A DNA stretch of 63,829 nucleotides, the filler included, from Hausera hauseri (Eukaryota), in the NCBI GenBank assembly GCA_046269625.1. It is 12 parts of 12 records of this genome, joined end to end, with 100 filler letters (N's around TTAATTAATTAA, not from the genome) between each part and the next. Parts side by side here need not be neighbours in the genome. Positions count along the whole stretch, not along the records: positions 48,802 to 53,991 come from JBJURY010312276.1; positions 54,092 to 59,616 come from JBJURY010236629.1; positions 59,717 to 63,829 come from JBJURY010752431.1; 9 more parts are not named here. One strand, written 5' to 3'. Shown here piece by piece: positions 48,802 through 61,564 of the stretch; positions within the stretch are counted from its first letter, which is position 1, and each line of letters begins with the position of its first letter. The notes beneath the pieces were generated by a model. It was not told the DNA's origin. It searched no databases and saw only the letters and a program-made list of their open reading frames with translations. A program made the position numbers and the translations under genes.

Positions 48802-51392
48802 TTGTCTCATATTTTGAGGGGAGCTTTGAACTTTGATCCAGTATTTTGCGTGTGGCACACAGTTTGCAACTATCACACCATTCTTGAACATCTTTCGTCA
48901 TAATCGGCTAAACGTACTTTTTTTTCAATTTACTTATAGTTTTTCGAGTCGATTGATGTCCACCGAGAAGTCCATCATGGTATTAAGTCAATAGTACTCA
49001 TCTGTTCTTTTTAGTTATTACTAACGCTGGTCCATCTTGGTGTATATAATATAAAAATCCTTCATTCTCCTCGTAGGCATCGCTAAATCGAGCCAGGTGG
49101 CGGGCTAACTCCTTATGTTCTGGTATAATTTTACTCTGTATGTAGCTTCTAATTGACTTTATTTCGACATCCTCTTGTTGGTTCTCCTTTATCTTTGCTA
49201 CAGACCTATCCATGCTCCACACAGCTGCAACTACTTCTTTCCTTTCTTTTGGCGGTTCCTTCATTCCCGATAGGTAGTCTGCATTAGCATTTCGTGTTCC
49301 GGGTTTATATTGGAAATTTCTCATGTAAGGTTGCAATTTGAGAGCCCATCGTAATAAGCGACTATTTGGGCTTTCGTGTTGTTTTAACCACTGCAGAGGT
49401 CGATGATGTGTATATATTAACAATGACTTATTCTCACTAATATATGTGAGAATACCTCCAAGGCGAATATTAAGGCCAATAATTCCTTTTCAATGACCGC
49501 ATATTTCTTTTGGTGTTTATTTAGTTTTCTTGATGCATAGGCTACTGAGTGTTCTTTTCCATCTTCACCCTTTTATGATAAAACCGCGCTGACTCCATAG
49601 TCGCTTGCATCTGTGGCTAATATGAAGGGTTTAGTCATATCTTGGTAGATGAAAATTGGCTCATTTAATAATTTTTCTTTTAAGCTTTCAAATGCGTTTT
49701 GACATTCAGCGGTCCATAACACCTTCTCTAAATCTTCACGCAATAACTCGTAGAGTGGTCGAGCTATTTTGCTGAAGTCTTTTATAAATCTTCGATAATA
49801 ATTTGAAAGTCCTAAAAATCGGCGTAATTCTCTCACAGTGATCGGTTTCGGAAAATCTTTGATTTTACCTATCAGCTTATCCTGAGGTTTTACACCATGC
49901 CTATTAACTTGATGTCCGAGGAAGTCGACTTCTGCCTGGGCAAAGGAACATTTCTTTGGATTTATTTTGAGACCCATTATTTCACATCTGTCGAAAAGGT
50001 CCTGCAAATCCTTCAAATGTTGATGGAAATCTGATGATGCTATAATTATATTGTCGATGTATACCATGGCATGTGGTGCGTCTAACAGTAGTAATTGCGT
50101 TCCTCGTTGAAATGTAGGCGGTCTGTTTTTTTAATCCGAATGGCATTTTATTAAATTCCCATAATCCTTCGCCTATTAAAAAGGCCGTTTTTGGTTTGTC
50201 CTGTTCTTTTGCTTCCACCTGCCAATATCCTTTCTGTAGATCAATAGTGGTAAATATAGTTGAACCGTGCAATTTGTCCAATATCTCGTCGATACGGGGA
50301 TACGTATCCGTCTCCGTTATTTCGTTTAATTCTCGATAATCTATACAGAACCTCATAGCTCCATCCTTCTTTTTTACCATGATCACTGGTGCGGTCCATG
50401 ACGAACAGCTAGATCGAATTATTTTAATCTCCCTCATTTCTTTTATGATTTTACGGGCCTCCTGCTTTTTATCATAGGCTAGTCGATACGGTCGTCTCTT
50501 TCAGGGTTTTTCCTGTCCCTTTTTTAATTTAATGGCGTGCTGTATCACTTTCATTGTTCCTAAATCATAGTCATTCTGTGCAAATCTGTTATTATTTTTT
50601 CCAGAAACTGTATTAACATTCCTTTCTCCTCCTTACTCAATACTTTATTATCTCGCAATTTTTCTTCCAAATTAAAACTGACACTTTTAACTCGGTCTTT
50701 ATTTGTTTCTATCTTCAACTTCGCCGTCATCATTTCTTCAATTTTGTCCACATCCGCAATTATGGAATTAATTTCCTCTTTTGATACTTCCTCAACCATC
50801 GTTATTTGTCCCACTCGGGTATCTTTTCTTAGTTTCTTTTCTTTATTCCCCGTATTGCAGATCCTTAAATGAATCATTCCATTTTTCACCTTGTCTAAGT
50901 GTGGTGCGATAAGAATGTCGTGTTTCTCCATTACTCGCGGGAAAGGTTCGAAATACACGGGTGTAATTTATCCTCTCCTTCTATTCTCCCAGGTACTACT
51001 ACCTCGGAACGAGGGGGAATAATTACATCTTTAATTAGAGAGACCGATCCTTCATGTTGACAAGCATACGTTTTAAGTTGGCCTGTCTTCATATCGAGAT
51101 ACGCATTTTTTAGTTGGTTCAATACATCACATCCAATCAGTATTTCATTGGTAAGATTCTTCGCTACTCGAATGGTGTGATTTAGTGTTTGATTACCTAT
51201 CTTCATCTGTGCATCTAGAACCTTTTTTATTTCTTCCTCCATGCCAAACGTTCCCACGTTGATTAGCATCGTGGTTGGTTTTCTTAACTTTCTTTTTAAA
51301 TCTTTGGGCAACTGACTTTCTCCCATTATCGTAGTCGTAGATCCCGTGTCGATTAACACCGTTAACAGATATCCATTTACTTCGATGCCCAT
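48802..51392 (-). mobile_element. Ty3/Gypsy pol (PR-RT-RH-start of IN) of an env-carrying element
   Basis: VLIDTGS, RFCIDYRELN, DLQKGYWQ, MPFGL, VYIDNII, ATDASDYG and RLLRWALKLQ motifs. Confidence 0.95.
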
Positions 51393-51743
51393 CTCTGGTC
51401 TCGAGGGTGGCTGTGATTTGTTTTGTCTTTCGTTTTACACGTAGGTTCATGGATTAGTGGTAAAGGATTTTCTTCGTAACTTCATCTCATAATATTTGAT
51501 ACGTGGAATACATTCCGCCGTGTTTCACGTATCGCGGAGATGAGGGATTTATTACCGGTTGCTCATTATAAATCTGTCCGTGGTATTCATTGGCAGAATC
51601 CAATTGTAGTAAATCGGTTACCAGTTTTCGTATGTATTTTGATTTCCGTAGTCTTAGGGAAATCCGTTTAAATCTCATTAGGTATCTACGGCTTTTAGAT
51701 TTGTTATCCGAGCCGTCATTGTCGTTATCATCATCTTTGTTGT

Positions 51744-53772
51744 TCAATGTACTGTATGGAGAATTCCTTTCAGCCCCGTTTTTTTTTCCTTCAATATTTT
51801 TCTTTTCCATTTTGCGTCATGATTGGCTAAGAAACAACTTGCTGCTGCAGGAATTATAGCTATTATAATTTTCCAGGAACATCCTACTGCTGCGTGAATT
51901 CCATATCCTTTACCAAGGGCAGTAAATATTGTGCGTAAAGCACTAATGATGAAATATATTGCCAAGAATACCGAAGTCGCTTGCCCAAAGTATAAGAATC
52001 TTCCCCACATTTTCTCAATGACGTTTTTCCTGACCTTCTTTAAATAATTCTTTCCCACTAAATTTTCCCATTTTGGTGAACCTTCTCCATCCCACATCAC
52101 TCTTCTCGTTATTTCCGTTATTATCCTCTGTTTTTGCTGCGGGAATAGTAGCATACGTCGATAATCTTCTAAATTATGTTGGGTGTAAATTCCTCCTTAG
52201 GAAATCTCAACAAGTGGTTCAAATTTCTGATTTCTATGTAAGTTAATTAAGCTTAACATCTCCGGTTTTGGTACTGGTTCTCTTTTTGGCATCCTGATCC
52301 AATTTTTCTCATCCAAATTAAACATAGGTGACATATTGAAGCTACAATTATCCAACTGTGTAGGTTTTGCATTAGGCTCCAACAGTATCCTTGTCACAGG
52401 TATTATATATCTGGGTTCCATATTATAAATAACTGGTAGTTCGGAAGTGCATTCTATCGTTGGTCGTATCGTAACATCTACCTTTTTGCATTCAATCCTT
52501 ATTAATACTCCGCCCATTACTCTTCCTATTACTCCGTCACCAAAAGGCATAACAGGTGCCACCATTTCCGGATTCGTTATTACTAGAGCCATTTTGTTTC
52601 ATTATTTCGTAGTTTAACTTACATTCGTTCATTATTATTTCTCTATAGAGACTCCAGATTTCTTTTCTTACATAGTTAATTAAGAAATCGATTTTGCTGT
52701 CAAAATATTGCGTTAGTTTTATATCCTTCTTATCCAGCTTCGCCTTCGCTTGAGCTATTTCTTTAGCAGACAGATAAATGCCTTTATAATTGGTTTTGAG
52801 TATCTCTTCGTCACATTTGCTTATTGTCCCGGCGACTTTAAATCGCATCATATCTTCCGGGTTTTCCGAATAGACCACCGTTGCCACTTCCGTCATCCTT
52901 ATTTCTTTAAATCCTTCTCAATAAGTCGCTGTTTCTTTCTCGGCCGTCTTGTCTACGGTTTTGTTGAATTTGCCTTGCTTCAGCAGGGTCAAATGACAAT
53001 TATTTGAAGACGTTTCCCACGTCATTTTTGATTCTCCAGTATCGCATTCGCCATTATCGTATTCGCATTCACTCATCGTTGTCATCAATTTGGTTTGTGC
53101 ATCGAACAACGCTTTGTACTCCTTTAACTGAACTTGATAATCTTCTATTGCCACTGTTCTAGTTGCAATAAATCCTCCAACATCGTAGTTTACTCCATCG
53201 CAAGTTCCTTCCAGGGTTTTGTCTATCCTTCCTGCTCTGAAATTTCGAGTGTACTTTATTTTATGCCGCACTGCGGGTATCTGAGCGTTTTGTATTGTTA
53301 TTATTCCGATTTTAAAAGCGTCTTGGCATTCCGACATTGATATTATTATCGGCTCAAATAATGTGGTTGGCTCGATGATAGCGGAATTGCCTGAGTAGTA
53401 CGTGCAGTTAAATAGAAAAAAGGATTTCTTCACGTAACATTCTCTGATTTTAACTTTGATGAATTCGGACTCCTGATATATCCAATATCTGCGACCACTG
53501 GTTGTCGTTAATTGCTCGGGGTCAGTCTCGGGGCATTTTTCCAAGTCTACTAAGGAATATTTTTGGCCTTCCTTGGGCTTTGAGCACTCATATGCTACGA
53601 TTCCTACCGCCTTGGGCATGCAGATGGATGCTCTTAGTAGGAGTTGTAATGCTTCCATGAATGACATCCCAGTGATGCCCTGTCTCGTAGTATTTGGCGG
53701 GTTTGGAGTTATTCCTTCAGATGAGCTTCTATATGCTTTTGGTCTTATTTGGTTACTCATTAAACTCGGCAT
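51744..53772 (-). CDS. Chuvirus/herpes-gB-like (class III) envelope glycoprotein, frameshifted, upstream of protease
   Basis: Signal-like segment, then IVAYECS...YSLVDLEKC...IYQ...VKIRECYV...FNC; CEYDNGEC, CKLNYEI, CKKVDV.IR...CTSELPV...YI.P.TRIL; two C-terminal hydrophobic helices. Confidence 0.8.
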
Positions 53773-54091
53773 CCATCAGCCTCTGCGATGTACCCAATTT
53801 TCTAGCGTATCTCGTAGTATCTTAGCCGTTATATTTCGTTCAATTTCTTCCAAATTCTGTGTTTGATAGTTAATAACAATTACTTTATATAGCAAATAAG
53901 CGATAGCTGTTACGAACTTTTCTCTACTAATTCCGGTGGGAAACATTTTTTCTCGAATATCGTGTTCGTGCATTTCATTAATTCGTTCTTCNNNNNNNNN
54001 NNNNNNNNNNNNNNNNNNNNNNNNNNNNNNNNNNNTTAATTAATTAANNNNNNNNNNNNNNNNNNNNNNNNNNNNNNNNNNNNNNNNNNNN

Positions 54092-54405
54092 ATGGTATTG
54101 TGGCAATTCTCGGGGCTATGTATTGTACATGTGCAATACATATATGAACTGCACCTTTGGTTTTCTTTCGACACAATAGACGTTGTTGGCATAATGTTAT
54201 AGAATATTTCTTTTTTCGACTTGACGAATGATATCAAGTGTCGTTTATGTACGTTGTAGAATTCTTCGTACATTGTCCTGCACACTACCTCACATGTAGG
54301 GCATATGTAGTATTGGATTCTATTGAACATGCGGCCATAGTATTTAATCATGGTGATATGGCAGGTTTCTGGTTCATGTATTGGAGCCAGACAATCTTGG
54401 TACAA
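54092..54405 (-). CDS. Cys/His-rich protein of unknown function, truncated by the contig end
   Basis: Repeated motif CLAPIHEPETCHIT / CTCTIHSPENCHNT plus CPTC...C. Confidence 0.5.
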
Positions 54406-54819
54406 TTTGACATCTACAACAAAAGCAATTATTTGATGTAGACAAAATAAGAAAAAGGCTTACCATTCTCGGAAGTGAATTTTGGAAATAATAAAAAATA
54501 TAGCTGTCAACGTGCACTAGTTTTGATAATTGATGCAGCAAAACAAAAACATGTATGGAAAATAATTTTGATGTAGTAAAAACAAAACACATAAGGAAAT
54601 AATTTTAATGTGGTGTACATTTGGCACTGCATATTTGTTGCTAATATGCTGTATTATCAACATCATGTACATTCGTTTTAATGCATCAAATGCATGAACT
54701 TGTCAGGTACTTATTCCATTTCCTAACATCATGCGTTTCTTTTAATGCATCAGATGATTTAAAATATCACGCGCGCCAGCTTTGGTTTTCATACATGCCG
54801 AATCGATTGGCACCATCAC

Positions 54820-55560
54820 ATTCTTCGAATAATGCTTGCTTGACCGAATATTCGAGTTCGAATAGATATTTCTTCGAGTTCGATTAATGTTTTCGATCAT
54901 ATGACATCAGATTCGGATTCGCCACATGTGCTTTCCTATCCATGTACGCTTAAAGATTTACCGATTTCAATGTGCTTCACCTTCAAAATCACCTCAATTG
55001 ATTAATCAATATATGAATGACTGCATTTATTAAGCACTTTTAGCATATTTGAAAAGCCTTGTTTTTATACACTGCACCGCACTAATATTCATTGCCATAT
55101 AGGTTTTCGACCATGTGGAATCAAATGCCCTCATTAGATTCTTCGAATAATGCTCGTTTGACCGAGTTTTCGAGTTCGAATAGCCAAGTATTCGACTAGT
55201 AAGCCTGAATTCGAATATCTAACATCATATTCCAGTTCAACATATATGACTTCCTATCCAGCCCCGCTATTAGATTTATCGATTTCCGCTTCACTGCGCT
55301 TCAAATGCACATTTTGGTAAATTCGAAATATTGATTTTATGCCCATATAGTACATTTTCATGACAATTTTTATGTACATAAGGGTTTTCGAATACGAAGA
55401 ATTGATTCCCGCCGTTAGATTTTTCGAATAGTTCGAACTTCGATATTCGAGCTCGAAAATCTTCGAATTGCAAACTTTCGACTCGAGATTCGAGTTCGCC
55501 ATGGTCGATTTCCTATCTGTCCCCGCTCAATGTTGGATCGAATTTTGCTTCCTACGGCTT
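54820..55560. repeat. Three degenerate ~260-320-bp direct repeats rich in TCGA/TTCGAA palindromes
   Basis: ATTCTTCGAATAATGCT..TTGACCGA..TTCGAGTTCGAATAG at about 54820 and 55138; TTCCTATC..CGCT at about 54933, 55251 and 55510. Confidence 0.75.
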
Positions 55561-55627
55561 AAAAAACATGTTGAAAATATAGCCAATTTGCACTTTCGAT
55601 CGATATTAATCGATAACTAATTAATAG

Positions 55628-56350
55628 ATTTAAATTCTAACTGCACATTCATATACTACACCGTGTTTGCTTCCGATTTCACCCGGTGTCGAGTGCTAAT
55701 CGTCCATATTGGAAATATCGGAAATTCGATATTATTGATTTTTGCACACTTGCACATTTTTGCACTGCACCCCGCCCATCAAGGTGCACCTCGATATGCT
55801 CTATCCGCCTACACTTGACCCCGATCAATTCCATCAATCCTACGCTGCACAACTCAAAAAGTGCGTAAAGTGAAAAAGTGCTCCTGCAAACCGATCAGTA
55901 AACACACCAATCTCGTTTCGTGAACTATTCGATACTACGTCAAGTACTCACACGCCAGTATATGTGCCATATTGAGATTATTGATTTAAAATTTATAGCG
56001 GAAGGGTCTGTGGCGGTTCTGCCCCTCTTGCGAATCATTCGAAAGCCAATCAGTCGATTTAAATTCTAACTGCACATTCACATACAACATCATGTGTGCT
56101 ACCAACTGCACCCGGTCCCGAGTGCTAATTATCAATATTAGATTTATCGGAAATCCAATATTATTGATTTTTGCACACTTGCACGTGTTGCACACTAGCA
56201 CTTGCACCAATCGATGTGCACTGATGTGCACTGTCGATTAGCCCTTTGTCCCGATCGATTCGATCAATACTACACTGTGCAGCGATCGATTTGTGAAAAG
56301 TGCAAAAATGTGCATAGCAACGGTGTGCACTATAGATCGCCACGTGCAAA
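55628..56350. repeat. Two degenerate ~430-bp direct repeats rich in TGCA/GTGCAC/ATCGAT
   Basis: GATTTAAATTCTAACTGCACATTCA...TATTATTGATTTTTGCACACTTGCAC at about 55628 and 56056. Confidence 0.85.
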
Positions 56351-56379
56351 ATCGATTTAACGAATACCCCCTCCGTGGG

Positions 56380-59300
56380 GGTGGGACCGAAAGCACATTT
56401 TCAGACTACTTCTATTATGATCACAAACATCATTTGAGTCACTTCGCATCAAAATCAAAGAAGGCCATCTATAATGTGCAACATAATGTTGATGCATTTG
56501 CTTCGCAGTATTCTGCCTCGCATTATGCTGCTGGATCTGGTGCAGCAGCTGCGAGGCATATTAGAGAATAGAAACGCGCAGCCGCATCATGTGCAGCAGC
56601 ATCAGGCGCAGCCACATCATGCGCAGCAGCATCAGACACGGCCACATTCGACGCACCGGCTCCATCAGAAAGCCAAAGACAGCGACCGGTTGATGCGGCA
56701 GCATTAAAGCGAAAATGCTGCAAATGTTATTGATGCAACTGGTAAAACAACCCTCGAAGACTTTCTCTTATACGCGAAGGACGAGAATGAGGGGATTTTT
56801 CAGGACAACATGGCTGAGCTCATAGCCCTTAAGGTGAATATGAAACTGGAGTCCACATACATCAATGTTGATAGCGAAGAATCCAATGGAGCCTTCAAGA
56901 CCAAAAATAGACCCATATTGGAAAACACCAATATAGCAGAATGGATCCAAAAGGCACACGAGAAGCTGATCCACGAGTCTGAGACGAGCCAGGAAAAGAA
57001 GAGTGGATGGACTCCGGTAACCATCAAGAGATTGCTTCATATATTCAGTTCATATATTTAGCTTTCTGATTGGATCGCTAATATAAATCATGTGTCAATG
57101 TCCATAATAACGACATGTGTTTCATGTATGCCATTCTATCAACACTCGTGCGGGATCAACATAATGCCTCACGAGTTTGGCTATATAAGGATGTGCAGCA
57201 CAACTATGACTTCCAATGTGTTAAGTTCCCGCCATCCATAGATGAAGTCAAGAAGTTCTGTCGAATCAACAATATATCCATCACCATCATTGGATTGGAT
57301 GATGAAGACAAATTCTATCCCCTGCATATATGCGATATTGAATTGGAAGATCATAAGGATCTGCTCCTACCAGACGATGGGGAAAAGAAACATTATGTTT
57401 GTATCAAGAACTTTGAGCGTCTAGTTAGATCTCAAATTAAGAAACACACAACAATAGTCGAAATATGCAAACGGCGCTTTTCCAATTTCAGCGGCGGAGG
57501 CCGTGGACAAGCTTGCAGAGCACAAAATGTACTGCAACAACAATTATTTTATCAGGCTAGAATTTCCCAAAGGAGTTCGAGAAGAAGATCGAGGTCCCAA
57601 TAATTATTTATTGCGACTTAAGCGATCCTGTATCTAGTTCACAGCTGCAGCCCCAATCCCCTACAAAGCAGCACAACGGCATACCCATATCATGAACTTT
57701 CATCGTATTGCATGAATGCCAAGACTGTACAGTGAACCATTTCTATTCAGGGGTCCAGGCGCAGCAGCTGATTTCATGAAACGACTTGAAGACATGGCTC
57801 ATAGGCTTGGCGATATGCAGCAGCAGCTTAAGGATACAATGAGAATGTCGAAGAAGCAAGAAGAATGGCGCAAGGCAACAGTATGTTACTTGTGCTCCAA
57901 ATCATTCACTAAGGAGAATCATAAAGTTAGGGATTATTGCCATTTAACAGGTGCATATCGAGGCGCGGCATACAACAACTGCAGTCTTCGCTGCAAAACA
58001 TGCATATGTGCCTGTAGTGTTCCATAATCTCAGTGGTTATGATTCCCATTTTATAGACCGAGAATTACGCAACATTTATGGTAATATAGATGTTATCCTA
58101 AACAATGAGGATAAATACGTTGCATTTACGAAGCATGTTGGGAAAATCAGGCTTCGCTTCATAGACAGTTTTCGTTTCATGTCGTCTTTACTTGACAGTT
58201 TAGTGAAGAACCTCCCTGCAGAAGAACTCAAGGAGACGAAGCGATTCTTTCCCACGGCATTTGATCTAGTCAAAAGGAAAGGCGTGTTTCCCTATGACTA
58301 TATAACTTCATGGGAAACACTGGATATGACCTCATTGACGGACAAAAAGGACTTTTACAATATCCTCTTTGATTGCGATATCAGTGATGCTGACTACCAG
58401 CATGCCCAGAATGTCTGGGATGCATTCCAATGCCGAACATTAGGAGAATACAGCGACATATACCTCAAGACGGACGTGCTACTTCTGGCAGATGTCTGAG
58501 AGTTTCAGGGATGTTACAATGACGAGCCATGCATTGGATCCGGCTCATTTCTTTACGGCTCCAGGAATGAGTTGGACAGCAATGCTGCACTATACTGGTA
58601 TTAGGTTGCAGGTCGTTAAGTATTACGACATAATCCTTATGATCGAGAGAGGCATTAGAGGCGGAATATGCCAGGCCATTTACTTGTATAGCGAGACCAA
58701 CAACACGTATATGGCCCAGTATGATCCATCCAAGGAATCCTCATATATATCATACCTGGATGCCAACAACTTGTATGGATGGGCAATGAGAGCCCCATTG
58801 CCATATGATAACTTTAAATGGGTCGAGAATCCTGAAGACATCCCTATATTGGACCTAAATCTTACTGGAGATACGGGATACATATTGGAGGTAGATATGG
58901 AATATCCGGCTTCCATCCACGCAGGGCACCAACAGCTGCATTTCCACCCTGAGAGTAGGCCTCCACCCGATGGAAAGCAGAGAAAACTGCTTTGTCATCT
59001 GTGTAATAAGGCGAGGTATGTAGTTCACAACATCAATCTCCAGCAAGCTCTTAGACATGGACTTCGTATTACCAAGATCCATAGAGCCCTGCAGTTCAAC
59101 CAGTCCATGTGGCTGTAGTCATACATAGATCTCAATACGAAGCTGCGGACTAATGTCAAGAACGACTTTGAGAAAGATCAATTCAAACTGTATAACAGCG
59201 TTTTTGGCAAGACCATGGAGAATATCCGCAATAGGATCAATATTGAGCTAATATGTAACTGGAAGCGGGCAAAAAAGCTTATTGCCAAGCCTAACTTCCA

Positions 59301-59616
59301 TAGCACCACCATATATATTGAGAACTTGGTAGGCATCCATATGCTGAAAACATCATTCGTATTCAACAAGCCCATATGTGTGGGTATGGCAATATTGGAT
59401 CTATCAATGACCTTGATGTACAGATTCCATTACGATATAATGGTCCCCAAGTTCAAGTCCATGCAACTGATGTATATGGATACTGATAGTTTCATCTATC
59501 AGATCCATAAAGGGGACATTTATGACGACTTTGTCCAATTGGTTCAACACATGGATACCTCGGACTATCCAAAGGATCATTTCAACTATTCAATTGCCAA
59601 TAAGAAAGTCCTTGGG
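56380..59616 (+). mobile_element. Polinton/Maverick/adintovirus-type protein-primed DNA polymerase B with an endonuclease VII-like domain, degenerate
   Basis: KSGWT, CFMYAIL, CYLC..KVRDYCHLTG.YRGAAYNNC (EndoVII), FHNLSGYDSHF, RKGVFPYDY, YLDANNLYGWAM, FGKTMEN and YMDTDS motifs. Confidence 0.92.
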
Positions 59617-59892
59617 NNNNNNNNNNNNNNNNNNNNNNNNNNNNNNNNNNNNNNNNNNNNTTAATTAATTAANNNNNNNNNNNNNNNNNNNNNNNNNNNN
59701 NNNNNNNNNNNNNNNNAAGTTTGCTAGTTATGGGCCCAGCAAACCTCAAATTAACAACGGGGCACTTATAATATATGGGGCATTTATTTGCGACGAAGCA
59801 TCCATTTTAAATTCTCCACCTTAAATAATCGTCTTTTGCAAGTTGTGTGCAAAACTGCAGAAGTTATTAGTGCCAAGGAAGAGTTTCTGTGG

Positions 59893-60438
59893 AATTTATT
59901 GAAAGATTGGATTTTGTCTATTCAGTCAGAGTATCATCATATTGACTTTAAAATTGGTGATGATGGTAAACGATATGGTGATGAAGAAAGCGTATTAAAA
60001 TGGTCAATAGAAAGATATAAGCATATGATTGAAGTTAAAGAAGAAGCTCCAAAATCAGCACGTCGTGCATGGATATATTATTTGTTTATGATTGATGCCG
60101 ATGCAATGATAATTTATGAAAACATTCTTTCCCATTTAATGGAAAGTGAAGTGCCCATTATTTCACCATTATTAATATGTACAAATTCAGAATCGTATGC
60201 CAACTTTTGTGGTGATATAAGAGAAGAAGGTTACTACAAACGTTCAAACGATTATTTTGCTATTCAGAAACGTAAGACTACAGGTGTCTTTGAAGCACCA
60301 ATGGTTCATACGGTTTATTTGATCAATCTAAATATCATCGAAACACAAAACCTTTTTTTCATTCCACCGATAAACAATTCTTACCCTGTAGACGACATAA
60401 TCCTCTTTGCAAAATCAGCACAAACAAATAACGTTTCT
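59893..60438 (+). pseudogene. COLGALT1: Procollagen galactosyltransferase (COLGALT/GLT25D) internal fragment
   Basis: LKDW..., WSIERYKHMIEVKEEA, YLFMIDADA, GYYKRSNDYF, PMVHTVYLI and DDIILFA motifs. Confidence 0.85.
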
Positions 60439-60685
60439 GCTTATGCAAAGGAGTACGAAAAGTATTTAGGTTTAATGAATCTGAATATAAATGTATGTGA
60501 ATGAGCATTTTAGGACGTATGAGTCACAGCATCATTCCGCAGTTGAAATCAAGATGGAAGTTGAAAAGCACATAATACAAAAAGATATTTTGGAACAGTT
60601 GATTCCTTCAGTTATTATTATTGGACCTTTTTTCTTTAATACAGAAATTGTAAGGCAGGCTTTTTCCCAAAAGAGAGAACTAATA
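60439..60685 (+). pseudogene. DNAH1: Axonemal dynein heavy chain (DNAH1-like) stem fragment
   Basis: AYAKEYEKYLGLMNLNI...(shift)...KDILEQLIPSVIIIGPFFFNTEIVRQAFSQKR, recognised from the DNAH1 pattern AYAKEY.KYL...PSSIIIGPFYINT..V.Q.LS.KR. Confidence 0.8.
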
Positions 60686-60700
60686 AAGCATGTTTCAAAT

Positions 60701-61114
60701 ATCTGCGAAAATCGTGCTGTACATCAGCAATTATCGATTGGGAAAATAACGAGGATGGTGTTTGATAAGAGATATCTATTCGTCAGTTGTGCTTCGACCC
60801 TTGCAAAGTACATGTCATATTGTTTGCAATATCGTGGCGATGTAACACCCGTTGAAGTTAACCAAACAATAAACGAATTGAAACAGAAATCCGAGATCCC
60901 ATTCGCTCCGTGGTGTCCAACCGGATTTAAAATTGGTATAAATTCTCAACCAGTGGTTGCTGTTCCAGCATCTGATATGGCCCAAACAAGCCGGTCAGTG
61001 TCTATGTTGACGAATACTTGTGCAATAAACCAATTGTTGTCCAATTTGAATCATAAGTTACAGTTAATTTTCTCAAAACGTGCATTCGTCCTTTCGTTTG
61101 TGGGAGAAGGAATG
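60701..61114 (+). pseudogene. TUBA: Divergent alpha-tubulin C-terminal fragment
   Basis: HQQLS, KYMSYCLQYRGDVTP, WCPTGFKIGIN and KRAFVLSFVGEGM motifs. Confidence 0.92.
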
Positions 61115-61564
61115 AAAGCATGTATTCGTTTCTTAACTTTCGTTGGGTTGAAACACCAGGAAATTGCTTTATCGTTACTTAAAAAAGTCGCATCAAATAT
61201 TTCCAGCTTCAGAAAACTTCTCAGTAAACGAAATCTTAAGGACAATAAAAATTTACGAACATGTACATTGGATTTCTACATTGTCAGCCCTCCATTTCAA
61301 AACATCCAGTCTGTTCGTGACTCCTCTTTGAAACCAACAAGATCATTTGGCAATAATCCCATGTACATTGTGCAAATTTCACAACAATTTCCTTCCACTC
61401 AAACAGCAAATTCGTTGTTTAAATGTCTGAAACCAAGCAATCCTCCATCTGTCGAAGCAGTTCAGTAGTCGATATCATTTAAAAGTAATTATGATTTACA
61501 TGTGGTTACGCCATCATTTGTAATGCTAAACGACTCTATTGATAGCCTGTTTGAGGAACTAAGC

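Noticed and set aside
54820-55500. Heat-shock element array
   Set aside because: Most motifs are TTCGAA/TCGA palindromes rather than properly spaced nGAAn inverted arrays.
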